From a virus, in IMG/VR virus record IMGVR_UViG_3300028007_000001, positions 14,685-78,684 of that record: a stretch of DNA of 64,000 nt; one strand, written 5' to 3'. Made by a program: the position numbers and the translations under genes. Below the pieces are notes generated by a model. The model made no database searches. It was given only the letters and a program-made list of their open reading frames with translations, and was not told the DNA's origin. This document shows positions 25,370 through 35,289 of the stretch, piece by piece; the first letter of the stretch is position 1; every line of letters starts with the position of its first letter.

Positions 25370-26878
25370 ATGCCTGTCGAACCCGTCACCCTCTCCAACC
25401 GAGACGCACAGGTGCAGCAAGTGCGCTCTCTGCGGCACGCCGTGCGATCCCTCAAGGCCGGTAGAGCAACGCCTTCTGCCTTCATCGGAGACGAGAGGGC
25501 GAACTCCCGAGACCTGATCCGATCGGCGTTCCAGCAGTACGCCCCTCTGGCGTACCGACTTCCTTGGGAAGTTCTCGATCTGGTGGAACTTCTCTCGACG
25601 TTCAACCCCGACTACTCGCAGGCCGTCGAGAACCTCAAGATGCTCGCCAACAGCGGGCACAAGTTGGTGGTCGACGCCGACGTTGATCTCCAGCGTCGTC
25701 GCACCAGAGATCTCCTGGAAGAGAAGTCTCGGACTATCCAGGAGCAGCACGGCGGTATCGACGGGGTGGTCGAGAAGTTGATGGATCAAGCCGCCGTGTA
25801 CGGGGCGATGTGCGGTGAGTGGATCCTCAGCGACGACCTGACCGAAGTCGTGGACTTCGCAGACATCAACCCAAAGAAGATCCGGTTCTTCTGGGACGAG
25901 GAAGAGCAGAGATACATTCCGTTTCAGAAGGTGACAGGAGCGCAACTCAAGGCGGCGAAGGAAGCAGGCCAGGAAACTCGGGGCCAGTGCGTCCGGCTCA
26001 ACGAGATCACCTTCCGCTACTACGCCTTCGACGCTGCTCCAGGATCTCCGTACGGCACCCCTCCGTTCATCGCTGCATTGCAAAACATTGCGATTCAGCG
26101 AGACCTCGTTGGCAACATGGCCCAGATCGTCAAGAAGATCGGACTGCTTGCTCTGATCGACGTGACGATTGAGAGGCTCCAGCCTCAGCCCGGCGAGACT
26201 GACGCCCAGTTCATTGCTCGGGCGAGCGCCTACCTGGAGGACTACGCAGAAGCCGCTGAAGAGATGGTGAAGGACGGCGGCATGATCCACTTCGATGACG
26301 TGGAAGTGAAGCCCACCCAGATCGGCGGGAACGCTGCCGGGGCTACCAACATCCACAAGCAGAACGAGGAACTGATCTTCTCTGGCCTGAAGTCGATGCC
26401 CTCCGTCCAGGGTCGTTCGTACTCCACCACGGAGACCTACGCCGGGGTGGCCTACGACATCATCATCCGAAACACTCTGAAGTATCAGCGTGGCGCCAAG
26501 AGGATGATCGAGTCCGGCTACTGGTTGATGGCCTCGCTGCAAGGTCTTCGCCCGACCGACATCTCTGTGACGTTCCACAAGAACCGGACGCTCCAGAGGC
26601 TCCAAGAAGTCCAGGCTCAGTCCGTCGAGATTCGGAATGCTGCCCTCAAGTGGCTGCTCGGGATCATCGACCAGCAACTCGTCGCTCAGGAACTCGGCTA
26701 CGACGACCCTGTGCGTCCGATGTCTGAGCCTCCGCAAGATCTGGTCCGAATGCTGCCATCCCTCGACACAACGTACGTAGGTATGGATGATTTCGGGTCG
26801 GAGTCTGGAACCGAGGCCAGAATGGAGGAAGAAGATGACCGAGAACGAGACGACGAAGGATCAGAATCCGAAGTCTGA
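25370..26878 (+). CDS. portal protein
   Basis: 502 aa directly after TerL; YGTPPF motif; helical. Confidence 0.85.
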   Translation: MPVEPVTLSNRDAQVQQVRSLRHAVRSLKAGRATPSAFIGDERANSRDLIRSAFQQYAPLAYRLPWEVLDLVELLSTFNPDYSQAVENLKMLANSGHKLVVDADVDLQRRRTRDLLEEKSRTIQEQHGGIDGVVEKLMDQAAVYGAMCGEWILSDDLTEVVDFADINPKKIRFFWDEEEQRYIPFQKVTGAQLKAAKEAGQETRGQCVRLNEITFRYYAFDAAPGSPYGTPPFIAALQNIAIQRDLVGNMAQIVKKIGLLALIDVTIERLQPQPGETDAQFIARASAYLEDYAEAAEEMVKDGGMIHFDDVEVKPTQIGGNAAGATNIHKQNEELIFSGLKSMPSVQGRSYSTTETYAGVAYDIIIRNTLKYQRGAKRMIESGYWLMASLQGLRPTDISVTFHKNRTLQRLQEVQAQSVEIRNAALKWLLGIIDQQLVAQELGYDDPVRPMSEPPQDLVRMLPSLDTTYVGMDDFGSESGTEARMEEEDDRERDDEGSESEV

Positions 26879-26978
26879 TCGACCCGGCGAAAACCCTCCC
26901 GAGGGCAAGGTCAAGCAGTCTGATCGAGACCGGGAACAGAAAACTTTCCAGCGTCCGGGCACGGAGGTCCGCAAGTGA
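26835..26978 (+). CDS. small hydrophilic protein
   Basis: GGAGG RBS; stop overlaps the protease start. Confidence 0.4.
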   Translation: MTENETTKDQNPKSDRPGENPPEGKVKQSDRDREQKTFQRPGTEVRK

Positions 26979-28846
26979 ACGAGAAGGTCGCCACCTTGCA
27001 GCGTCACCCCAAGAACAAGTCTCTCTCTGAGGCCGTTCAGGAGGACGCCCCGAAGTTCAAGGCCGTCTCCAAGAACGGCATCAACAAGCGGTCGACGCTG
27101 ATCAAGGCTCCCGGTGACGAGGGTCAGGTCGGTGGGATCATGGAGCCGACTGCTGAGCAGTTGGAGAAGATCAACCAGTTCACTCGTCGCACCGTCTCGG
27201 CCGAAGAGGTCTGCGTCCTGCCCACCCTGTCGTGCAACGACTTGGTGGACCGGGACTACGACCAGTTCGTCAAGCAGTGCGTCAAGGACTTCGCCGCAAT
27301 GGAGCAGCCGTTCTCTCCGGTCGGCAAGTCCTTCATGGTCGATCACGCCTACTCGGTCGCCAACGCCGTTGGACGGATCTTTGACGTGGGGACGAAGACG
27401 ATCAACAACGCCTTCTTCCTCACCAACGACGTATACATTCCGAACACCGAGAAGAACTCGGACTTCCTTGAAGATGTCGAGTTCGGAGTCAACTGGGCTG
27501 TCTCGGTTGGCGTGGTTCTCGGGAAGTCGGAGTGCTCCGTCTGCGGAGAGCGGTTCTCTTCGTGGGGATATTGGTGCATCAACGGCCACGACAAGGGCCT
27601 GCACTACACGAAGGACGCAGAAGAGGATTCTTTCGGATGGCCCATTCCGTGTGAGCCGTCCGAGAAGGGCGCCATCCTCTGCGTCCGGCAGTTCTCTGAC
27701 CCGAGGGACTTCTACGAACTGTCTCAGGTCTTCCTGGGGGCGCAGTATTACGCCGCCCTGGAGCGTGACCCCGAGATGGACGGAATCCTCAAGGCTGCGA
27801 GCGCAGAAGGCATTCCTGTCATCGGCCTGTCGGAAGAGCAGGCCAAGGAGATTCCGTTCCGCCACGAACCGCCCAAGGTCACGGAGGCCCGACTCGCTGG
27901 TCTGGTTTCCGAAACCGAAGACGGTCTCGTCAAGTGGACGGACGAGCAGGGTTTCCTCTGGGTCTACAACCCGCAGGAACCTGAAGAGGGCGTGATGTCG
28001 CTCGGAAGGTCTTCGGAACACGAAGACGAAGATGTCGAAAACGACAAGGAGGCCAGCGATGGCAGTGAGGAACTGGACGAACATGCTTCGGGGAACGACG
28101 CAGCGGGAGACGAGCAACACGCTCAGCCCGACTCGTCGGGTCGGAAGCAGCATCGGTCGGAAGATCCGGGGTCGGAAGTCGGCTCAGTTCAACCGGGGTC
28201 GTCGGGCACGCTGACCGCAAGTGCCGACGAGGACGATTCCGAAGAGGAAGAGTCCGACCCGGATGAAGTCGCTGGTGACGGCGACGAGTCGGAGGACGGC
28301 GGGGAAGAAGACGAGGCCGAGGAAGATTCGGAATCCGAGACGGTGGATGCGGTCGCCGCTGCTCGGAGAGCCGGTCTTCCTTCCGAACTGATTTCCTCGG
28401 TAGTTGGTTCGGGAACGGCGACGGTCGAGTCTCTCTTCTCCGCTGCCTCCGCAGAGATCAAGGCCCTCCGCAAGACGATCACGAATCTGGAGGCCAAGGG
28501 AGAGATCGCTGACAAGTACGTGGAGGAACTGCGTGCTGACGCCCTCTCCTGGTACATCAAGTCTCGCCAGGCCGGTGAGCAGCGACCCGTCAAGACCGAA
28601 ACTTTCGAGAAGTTGCTCGATCGTTGCGGTGACGACGTGGAACTGATCAAGGCTCTGCGGGACGAGCAGAAGGAAGCCGCCCACGCCAAGTTTCCCAAGT
28701 CGGTTCGGCGGTCGACCTTCCCTGGCGATCCGCACGAAGTCGAGCGGCCTCGTCTGTTCGGTGCGGACGATCGAACCGAGGAAGAGGAAGTTTCCGAAAC
28801 CGTTGATTCGGCGGGAGACACGAAGGTCAGACGAATCCACGGCTAA
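26975..28846 (+). CDS. capsid maturation protease / scaffold fusion
   Basis: AVSVG..CSVCG, YELSQVFLGAQ protease-like motif, long acidic linker, helical C-terminus. Confidence 0.75.
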   Translation: MNEKVATLQRHPKNKSLSEAVQEDAPKFKAVSKNGINKRSTLIKAPGDEGQVGGIMEPTAEQLEKINQFTRRTVSAEEVCVLPTLSCNDLVDRDYDQFVKQCVKDFAAMEQPFSPVGKSFMVDHAYSVANAVGRIFDVGTKTINNAFFLTNDVYIPNTEKNSDFLEDVEFGVNWAVSVGVVLGKSECSVCGERFSSWGYWCINGHDKGLHYTKDAEEDSFGWPIPCEPSEKGAILCVRQFSDPRDFYELSQVFLGAQYYAALERDPEMDGILKAASAEGIPVIGLSEEQAKEIPFRHEPPKVTEARLAGLVSETEDGLVKWTDEQGFLWVYNPQEPEEGVMSLGRSSEHEDEDVENDKEASDGSEELDEHASGNDAAGDEQHAQPDSSGRKQHRSEDPGSEVGSVQPGSSGTLTASADEDDSEEEESDPDEVAGDGDESEDGGEEDEAEEDSESETVDAVAAARRAGLPSELISSVVGSGTATVESLFSAASAEIKALRKTITNLEAKGEIADKYVEELRADALSWYIKSRQAGEQRPVKTETFEKLLDRCGDDVELIKALRDEQKEAAHAKFPKSVRRSTFPGDPHEVERPRLFGADDRTEEEEVSETVDSAGDTKVRRIHG

Positions 28847-28913
28847 CCAGAATTCAATGGTTCTGGTTCAAGCCAAGCCATACTGACGTATAGAGATCCA
28901 AGGAGGATCAGAA

Positions 28914-29369
28914 ATGACGACCAAGGCGACTGGCGGCAAGATCACCGGACTTCTGGCCCTCACGATGGAGGGGCAGGTCGCTCTCTCGGTGGGCGATCCG
29001 GTGATGGTCACTGGCGACTACGAGTGCGATCCCTACGACGGTACCTCTCCGTTCGTCGGCGTCGTCTCGGTCGCCAACGTGAAGCGGGATGCAGCCACCG
29101 GGAACTACCCGGTTGCCAACGCTCCTGGCGACTGCACCGTCGAGGTCCGTGGCCTCTTCGTTCGTCAGTGCGTTGCTGCTGGCGCAGTCACGGCGGGGAA
29201 GTACGTCGTGATCGACGGAACGAACCAGAAGTTCGCAGAACTCACGGAGCAGGGACTCGCTGAGGGCACTCCCAACACCTTCACCGGAGACCCCGACCGT
29301 GAGATCGTCGGCATCGCCCTCACGGCGGCTGCTGCCGAGGACGACCTGATCGACGTTCTCTTCATCTAG
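28914..29369 (+). CDS. capsid decoration/cement protein
   Basis: Position before MCP; VGIALTAAAAEDDLIDV C-terminal motif. Confidence 0.75.
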   Translation: MTTKATGGKITGLLALTMEGQVALSVGDPVMVTGDYECDPYDGTSPFVGVVSVANVKRDAATGNYPVANAPGDCTVEVRGLFVRQCVAAGAVTAGKYVVIDGTNQKFAELTEQGLAEGTPNTFTGDPDREIVGIALTAAAAEDDLIDVLFI

Positions 29370-29429
29370 GGCGCCAGCCCAAGAAGCAGGAAGACCAACA
29401 ACCGGCTCGGTAGGCCAGGAGGAAACCCG

Positions 29430-30560
29430 ATGGGACTCAGCGTGAGGGAAGTGGCGTCCAAGTGGAATGGATGCGCTGTCCGCAAGGACTCGCTCAACAT
29501 GGAGCAACTCCACAAGGACATGCAGAGTTTGCGGAAGATGCGGAAGGACGTGTCTCTGAAGGGCTTCCTCCAGGACGCCTGGGGCGAGGACATGACCCCG
29601 GAACGTTTCTACCGGGAACTCGGCATCGACCTGTCGGAGATGACGGTCGGCAAGATGCTGAACACGTCCGACCTGAACCGTTGGCTGTTTCCGGAAATCT
29701 TCCGTGACGCCATTCGGCGGGGTCTGGAATACACGCCCTTCCACTCGGCCCTCGTTGCCACGGAAGAGACGATCGACTCAACCGGCCTCACGATGCCGTT
29801 CATGGATCTCACGTCCACCGACATCGACCGGGACGAGTTCGCTCTTCGTGACGTGAACGAGGGTGCGACGATTCCCGAGGGCGAGATCCTGACCTGGAGC
29901 GAGAAGCAGGTCACGATCAAGAAGAAGGCTCGGGGTCTCAAGCAGACCTACGAGTCGATCATGTTCACGCCGATCGACCTGGCTGCGATCTACTTCGAAG
30001 AACTCGGCACGAAGTTGGGTGCCGATCTCGACAAGGATCTGATCGACATCGCCGTCAACGGCGACCAGGCAGACGGCTCGGAGGCTGCTCCGGTCATCGG
30101 TGCGGCGGTGGCGAACACCCTCGCCTACACCGACCTGACTCGGGCGTGGATCCGGTTCCGTCGCATCGGCCGGAACTCGACGGTGATGCTCTGCAACGAG
30201 GCAGACGCCATCTCGATCCTCGACATGGACGAGTTCAACCTGACGATCACGTTGCCTGCGGCTCAGGAGTCGCCGGTCAACCTGAACGTCCGGACTCCGC
30301 TCCCCACGTCGCAGGACGTGTACGTCCACGACTCGGTGCCCGACAAGAACATCATCTTCGTGGACGTGGCTCGGGCCTTCGTCCAACTGACTGCCATGCC
30401 GCTCCTGATCGAGTCGGAGCGGATCGTGAGCCGTCAGTTGGAGGGCGAGTACGTGTCGATCATCACCGGCTTCGCCAACATCTTCAAGGACGGCCGGATG
30501 ATCCTCGACTACTCGACCGACCTGACCACCAACCCCGGCCCGACGCCGCCCGAGGCGTAG
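29430..30560 (+). CDS. major capsid protein (HK97 fold)
   Basis: 376 aa; VNEGATIPE, ELGTKLGADLDKDLIDIAVNGD. Confidence 0.9.
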   Translation: MGLSVREVASKWNGCAVRKDSLNMEQLHKDMQSLRKMRKDVSLKGFLQDAWGEDMTPERFYRELGIDLSEMTVGKMLNTSDLNRWLFPEIFRDAIRRGLEYTPFHSALVATEETIDSTGLTMPFMDLTSTDIDRDEFALRDVNEGATIPEGEILTWSEKQVTIKKKARGLKQTYESIMFTPIDLAAIYFEELGTKLGADLDKDLIDIAVNGDQADGSEAAPVIGAAVANTLAYTDLTRAWIRFRRIGRNSTVMLCNEADAISILDMDEFNLTITLPAAQESPVNLNVRTPLPTSQDVYVHDSVPDKNIIFVDVARAFVQLTAMPLLIESERIVSRQLEGEYVSIITGFANIFKDGRMILDYSTDLTTNPGPTPPEA

Positions 30561-30619
30561 GCATAGTCGCCTATACCTGCGGGTAGCACAGATCCCGACT
30601 GAGGACGAAGGGAGTCCAC

Positions 30620-31141
30620 ATGCCAAGCGATCCCAACTACGTGAGAATCACCAACCGGCTCAGTTTCGGCGTCGTTGCCGACATCGCCGGGGGAAGCCGC
30701 TGGTCGATCTCCGGAAACGACGTGAAGGAGTTTCCGAAGGACAAGACAGCCAAGCGGTTCGTCCGGAAGATGATCGCCAACGGTCGTCTGGAGCCTGCTT
30801 CGAAGAGCGAGTACGAGGAAGTTCAGGAGAACCGTCGCACGATGGCTGCTTCTGTTCCTCAGCGGAGTTCTTCTTCGGAAGAGCGCCACACTCCAATCCA
30901 GGAGCAGGCCATCCGAGACAAGGCTCGGGAACTGCGAGAGCAGGGATCGAAGTCGGAACCTTCGGAAGATTCCGAAAGTGACGACGAAGAGAGCGATGAC
31001 GAGGATCGGTCCTACGAGGACATGAAGGTCGATGATCTTCGTCAAATGCTCTTGGAGCGGGGTCTTCCGACTACGGGCAAGAAGGACGAACTGATCGCTC
31101 GTCTGGAGGAAGACGACGAGGACGACGAGGACGACGAGTAG
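30620..31141 (+). CDS. acidic protein with C-terminal SAP/HeH domain
   Basis: YEDMKVDDLRQMLLERGLPTTGKKDELIARL. Confidence 0.8.
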   Translation: MPSDPNYVRITNRLSFGVVADIAGGSRWSISGNDVKEFPKDKTAKRFVRKMIANGRLEPASKSEYEEVQENRRTMAASVPQRSSSSEERHTPIQEQAIRDKARELREQGSKSEPSEDSESDDEESDDEDRSYEDMKVDDLRQMLLERGLPTTGKKDELIARLEEDDEDDEDDE

Positions 31142-31153
31142 CCAGGAGGAAGC

Positions 31154-31768
31154 GTGGGCTTGTCATCTGACGGTCAAGCGGCGCTTCTGACTGGTGGCCT
31201 GGGTGATCTGATCACCCACGTCTCGCTCCACACCGGCAATCCGGGGGGCACCGGCGCCAACGAGGTCGCTGGTGCCCCCTACTCACGTCAGCCGGTTTCC
31301 TGGACGGCGGCAGCCAACGGTCAGCGTGCCAACGATGCGGTGATCAACTTCGACGTTCCTTCCGGAACTACGGCGCTCTGGGTCGGGTACTGGAGCGCCC
31401 TGAATGGAGGCACGTTCTACGGATGCTCGCCCGTCAATGGGAATCTTTGGGGTTCGGGAGTAGCGAAGGCGTCTGACAACACGATCACTTCGTACGACCA
31501 CGGTCTTGAGGTTGGAGACCGAATCGTCGTGTCGGCCATTGCTGCTGGAGTCCTCCCTGGAGGGATGTCGAGTGGAGATCTCTTCTGGGTGGTCGACGCT
31601 CCTTCTACGGCCACGTTCAAGGTGAGCACCGTCGAGGGAGGCGCCGTGTTCGATATCACGGCGAACTCCGAACTGTTCTTTCAGAAAGTTCTTCCAGAGT
31701 TCTTCTCGTCAATCGGCACTCTGAGTTTCCAGGCAGGCGATCTGGTGATCGACGCTCGGGCGCTTTGA
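31154..31768 (+). CDS. virion structural protein
   Basis: HVSLHTGNPGGTGANEV..YSRQPVSW motif typical of actinophage structural proteins. Confidence 0.7.
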   Translation: MGLSSDGQAALLTGGLGDLITHVSLHTGNPGGTGANEVAGAPYSRQPVSWTAAANGQRANDAVINFDVPSGTTALWVGYWSALNGGTFYGCSPVNGNLWGSGVAKASDNTITSYDHGLEVGDRIVVSAIAAGVLPGGMSSGDLFWVVDAPSTATFKVSTVEGGAVFDITANSELFFQKVLPEFFSSIGTLSFQAGDLVIDARAL

Positions 31769-31801
31769 GAGCACGTAACATACGTATGTAGGGAGGAAGT
31801 C

Positions 31802-32068
31802 ATGCCGAAGCGAACCTTCGATCGCAGTGCCAAGGTGCTCGCCAACCAGGAGTTCGACGCCTTCTACGTGGACGGCGTTGTTCACGTCGTTCGGCGGTCC
31901 ACTGGCGATGTCGTCGCTCAGGGGAATCCGAACGATCCCGAGGACGCCTCGATGGCGAACTTCCTCGCTTCGGCCTTCGCAGCGGCCCTCAATCGCACTC
32001 CCGACGTGGAGAACACGTCTCAAGATGTGGCAGAAGGTTCGGAAACTTCTGCTCAGGAGGACAACTGA
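31802..32068 (+). CDS. hypothetical protein
   Basis: GGAGG RBS. Confidence 0.6.
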   Translation: MPKRTFDRSAKVLANQEFDAFYVDGVVHVVRRSTGDVVAQGNPNDPEDASMANFLASAFAAALNRTPDVENTSQDVAEGSETSAQEDN

Positions 32069-32069
32069 G

Positions 32070-32888
32070 ATGAACTTGCACACGATCGACTCTGGTCGGG
32101 GGACGACTCACGCCGCTCGGGAGGCATACCCCGATATGCGGGCCTACGATCAGGCTCGCCTCGATGCGATGTCGGTGTTCTCTATCCCCGAGAAGACAGC
32201 CGCTATGAAGCGAGTCCGTGACTGGTACTCGTCTCTTCCTTCGGCACGCTCGTCGCTCGACCGTCCGACTGAGGCAGACTTCGCTGCCGTGTTCGGTTCT
32301 TTCAACGTCCACCACGCCCTCAACGGTGGCCTGGTGGAGTGCGAGAACCCTCACGACCACTCTGGTCGTCCTCAGCGGTTCGTGCTTCGAAAGCGTCCGA
32401 CTTTCGGAAACACCGAAACGATCGAGGAATACATCGCCGCTCAGGCCATGCTTGTCCAGGAAGAGCCTGTCCTCGTTCACGTGGGCAACGTCTTTCTGAA
32501 CGAAGGCACGGAGGAACTCTGGAACCGGCTGACCGGCGTGGGAACGCTCGACGTTCTCTTCGACAACTCCAACGCCCGGATCGGGGTCGGGTCTGACGGC
32601 GCTACCGCTGCCGTGCGTACTCAGACCGGCCTCCAGGGCGTTGACAAGTCGTACGCAGTCATGGAGGCCGGATTCCCCACCGTGACGCCAGGAGACGGCG
32701 CTGGTGGCGCCATCGCCTCGTTCAAGGGCGTCTACGACGGCAACTCGGGGAACCACGATCACAAGGAGTGGGTCGTGGACAACAAGGCCGCTGCCGGGAC
32801 GATCACCATGAACAGGTTCGTCCAAGACTTCGGAACCAAGTTGCTTGGCGCCGTATGGACGTACACCTTCCAACTTCGGATCAACTGA
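32070..32888 (+). CDS. virion structural protein (C-terminal beta domain)
   Basis: AGGAGG RBS; IGVGSDG..., FGTKLLGAVWTYTFQLRI. Confidence 0.65.
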   Translation: MNLHTIDSGRGTTHAAREAYPDMRAYDQARLDAMSVFSIPEKTAAMKRVRDWYSSLPSARSSLDRPTEADFAAVFGSFNVHHALNGGLVECENPHDHSGRPQRFVLRKRPTFGNTETIEEYIAAQAMLVQEEPVLVHVGNVFLNEGTEELWNRLTGVGTLDVLFDNSNARIGVGSDGATAAVRTQTGLQGVDKSYAVMEAGFPTVTPGDGAGGAIASFKGVYDGNSGNHDHKEWVVDNKAAAGTITMNRFVQDFGTKLLGAVWTYTFQLRIN

Positions 32889-32917
32889 CATAGGAATGAT
32901 TCCGAAGGAGATGGCCT

Positions 32918-33130
32918 GTGCCTCGGGAGATCCATCACGGAGGATGCACTCACTTTCCTGACGGGATCTGCGTGATCTCAGAAGGCGGCGACCCTTCGCA
33001 CTTGTCTGACGAAGAGTTGGCGTCGATGTCGGACGAAGAGGCTTCGGAATATTTCACGTCCTTGATCGGATCCTCTGTCACGATTGAGAATGCTTCTGAT
33101 CCTTCGATCAGGATCGTGAGGACGCCGTAA
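32918..33130 (+). CDS. small hypothetical protein
   Basis: AAGGAG RBS; stop overlaps next start. Confidence 0.5.
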   Translation: MPREIHHGGCTHFPDGICVISEGGDPSHLSDEELASMSDEEASEYFTSLIGSSVTIENASDPSIRIVRTP

Positions 33131-35253
33131 TGGCACTCCTTGACTGGATCACGTGTGATCTGGAATCGACCGCTGAGTTCGACTCCACCCAGACATCGAG
33201 CAACGGGTCAATCTCCTTCACCACGTCTGATCTGTTTGCCGGGTACGCAGCCTTGCGGCTGATCGGAGGCGGCGTTTCTCCGACCACCCAGGCCGTGATG
33301 AACTTCGCATCCGCCAGAACCGCACTCACGGTTCGGTTCTTCGTGGACGTTTCTGCAAGGTTTGGGATTGGTGGCGGCGGGGCGCACGATATCTTCTCCA
33401 TCAACATCGACATCGGCGGATCTGCGGTTCTGGTTCGTCACGACTCGGACGCAGCGGACTGCTCTTTCTTCCTGGTTGACGGAAGCGGTACGAACTTCGG
33501 CTCCGTTCTCTCGTTCGCAGAGTTTGGCGCTGCTGCTCAGCGTTGGTTCTGCGTCGAAGTGAGCCTCGATGACACAGGAGGGTTGAACAAGTATCGGCTC
33601 AGAGTTTGGAAACTCGACCTCGACGGCTCTGGCACCCTCAAGGAAACCGAAGGAACATCTGCAAACGTTGCACAAGACTGGGTATCGGCTGGCCCCTACT
33701 ACCAAGCCTCCCTCCCTGTTCGGTACCAGCACATCATCCTCGATGGCAACTACGGCGCTGATCTAGGACCGCACTTGATGCTCCAGTGGGCACCGCCTGT
33801 CGCTGACATCACGACTGAGTGGGCTACGAACCCCGGTGGACAGCCCAACCATTACGGATTGCTGGACGAGCGGGTTCGGAATGATGCCGACTCGATCAAC
33901 ACGACCACCAACAACGCTTGGGAGCGGTACGAGGTACAAGATCCGAGCCTTCCAAACGGAAAGAATGTGAAGGCCATCTCTCTCGGGTGTGTCCACCAGG
34001 GCGGCGGGGCGCTCCATGACGAGCAGATTCACGGATACATCCTCGATCCTGCCAATGCGACGGTGGCGACTGCCTTCGTACGGCCTTCGGTGACAGTCAG
34101 GAACACGTCACGTGCTCTTGTGCGTCACATTGCAGACATTCCGAAGGCGACAGCCCAGGGATACCGGATGGGGTTCCGTCACCAGACGGTCGGTGGTGGT
34201 GGTGACATCAACAACATCTACCAAGCCTGGTTCGTCTACGTCATGGATACATCCGTCTCGTCCGTCGATACGGCCACTGGGGACGAAGACGTATCTGAGC
34301 ACGGATCAATCGGTATTGATTCAGCGCAAGGGGCAGAGGACGCATTCCCTGATCGGATCCCTGTGCCCGACTCTGCACTGGGGTTTGAGACTCCCGAGAT
34401 CAACTTCTACAAGGAGGGGGAGGATGCGGCAGGAGCCGAAGAGTCGATCTCGGTCGAGAGGGTCGACAACGATTCCGCTTCGGGAGAAGAGGTTCCTGAG
34501 TACCGTCTTGCTCGGGCTGGAGACGATGCGGCCGGTGGAGAAGACACTGCTGCTGTGCATCGTGTCGCATTCCCTGACGTTGCGGTCGGAGAGGGAGAGC
34601 AGGCAGAGGTCAACAGAGAGGGCGTTGATCAGGCATCCGGTGAGTCCTCTCTCAACTCGCTCAGCCGGATCGTTTCGGATTCTGCCGAGGGCGAGGAAGT
34701 GCCCGAGACGAGGTTGAGTCGAGACGGAGACGACGCCTCCGGTGGAGAAGAGGCCGCTGCCCTTGCCAGGTCTGAGATGGATTCGTCAGTCGGGGTTGAC
34801 GAAGCAGCCCTACATGAGCGCACTGCCGAGGACGATGCAGTTGGGTCGGGCGACTACGAACTGACCCAGCAGGCACTCGACACTGCCACTGGTGCTGAGA
34901 TCAGGGGAGAATCCGAAAGAATCGTGGAGGATTCAGCCCTAGGCCATGAGTATCAAATGGTGCTCGACGCCAGGGATTACCTCTTCACCAGGCAGGCTAC
35001 GACTCGACTCCTGGCGGGGGCGTCTTCCGTCACTGCCTCTTCTGATCACGTTGGCAGTGCGTCATCAACTCTGGTTGTTGGAGCACTGCCAAGATTCCGA
35101 AAGAAGTCTACGGACAGGTCTCTGGAGGGAGAAGGCCGAGTGCTCTCTGGGGAATCGTCGGGGACTGTGAAGAAGGGTTCCAAAGCCAAGATCCAGCACG
35201 CCAGAGTCGGCATGAAGTTGCTCAAGGACTCTGCCGACGCTCAGGAAGTCTGA
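33130..35253 (+). CDS. fibre/spike-like structural protein with lectin-like N-terminus and D-x-A-x-G repeats
   Basis: 707 aa; ~14 acidic repeats spaced 16-18 aa. Confidence 0.6.
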   Translation: MALLDWITCDLESTAEFDSTQTSSNGSISFTTSDLFAGYAALRLIGGGVSPTTQAVMNFASARTALTVRFFVDVSARFGIGGGGAHDIFSINIDIGGSAVLVRHDSDAADCSFFLVDGSGTNFGSVLSFAEFGAAAQRWFCVEVSLDDTGGLNKYRLRVWKLDLDGSGTLKETEGTSANVAQDWVSAGPYYQASLPVRYQHIILDGNYGADLGPHLMLQWAPPVADITTEWATNPGGQPNHYGLLDERVRNDADSINTTTNNAWERYEVQDPSLPNGKNVKAISLGCVHQGGGALHDEQIHGYILDPANATVATAFVRPSVTVRNTSRALVRHIADIPKATAQGYRMGFRHQTVGGGGDINNIYQAWFVYVMDTSVSSVDTATGDEDVSEHGSIGIDSAQGAEDAFPDRIPVPDSALGFETPEINFYKEGEDAAGAEESISVERVDNDSASGEEVPEYRLARAGDDAAGGEDTAAVHRVAFPDVAVGEGEQAEVNREGVDQASGESSLNSLSRIVSDSAEGEEVPETRLSRDGDDASGGEEAAALARSEMDSSVGVDEAALHERTAEDDAVGSGDYELTQQALDTATGAEIRGESERIVEDSALGHEYQMVLDARDYLFTRQATTRLLAGASSVTASSDHVGSASSTLVVGALPRFRKKSTDRSLEGEGRVLSGESSGTVKKGSKAKIQHARVGMKLLKDSADAQEV

Positions 35254-35289
35254 GGTACCCTCTACATAGGTACGTACTAGGGAGACGAG

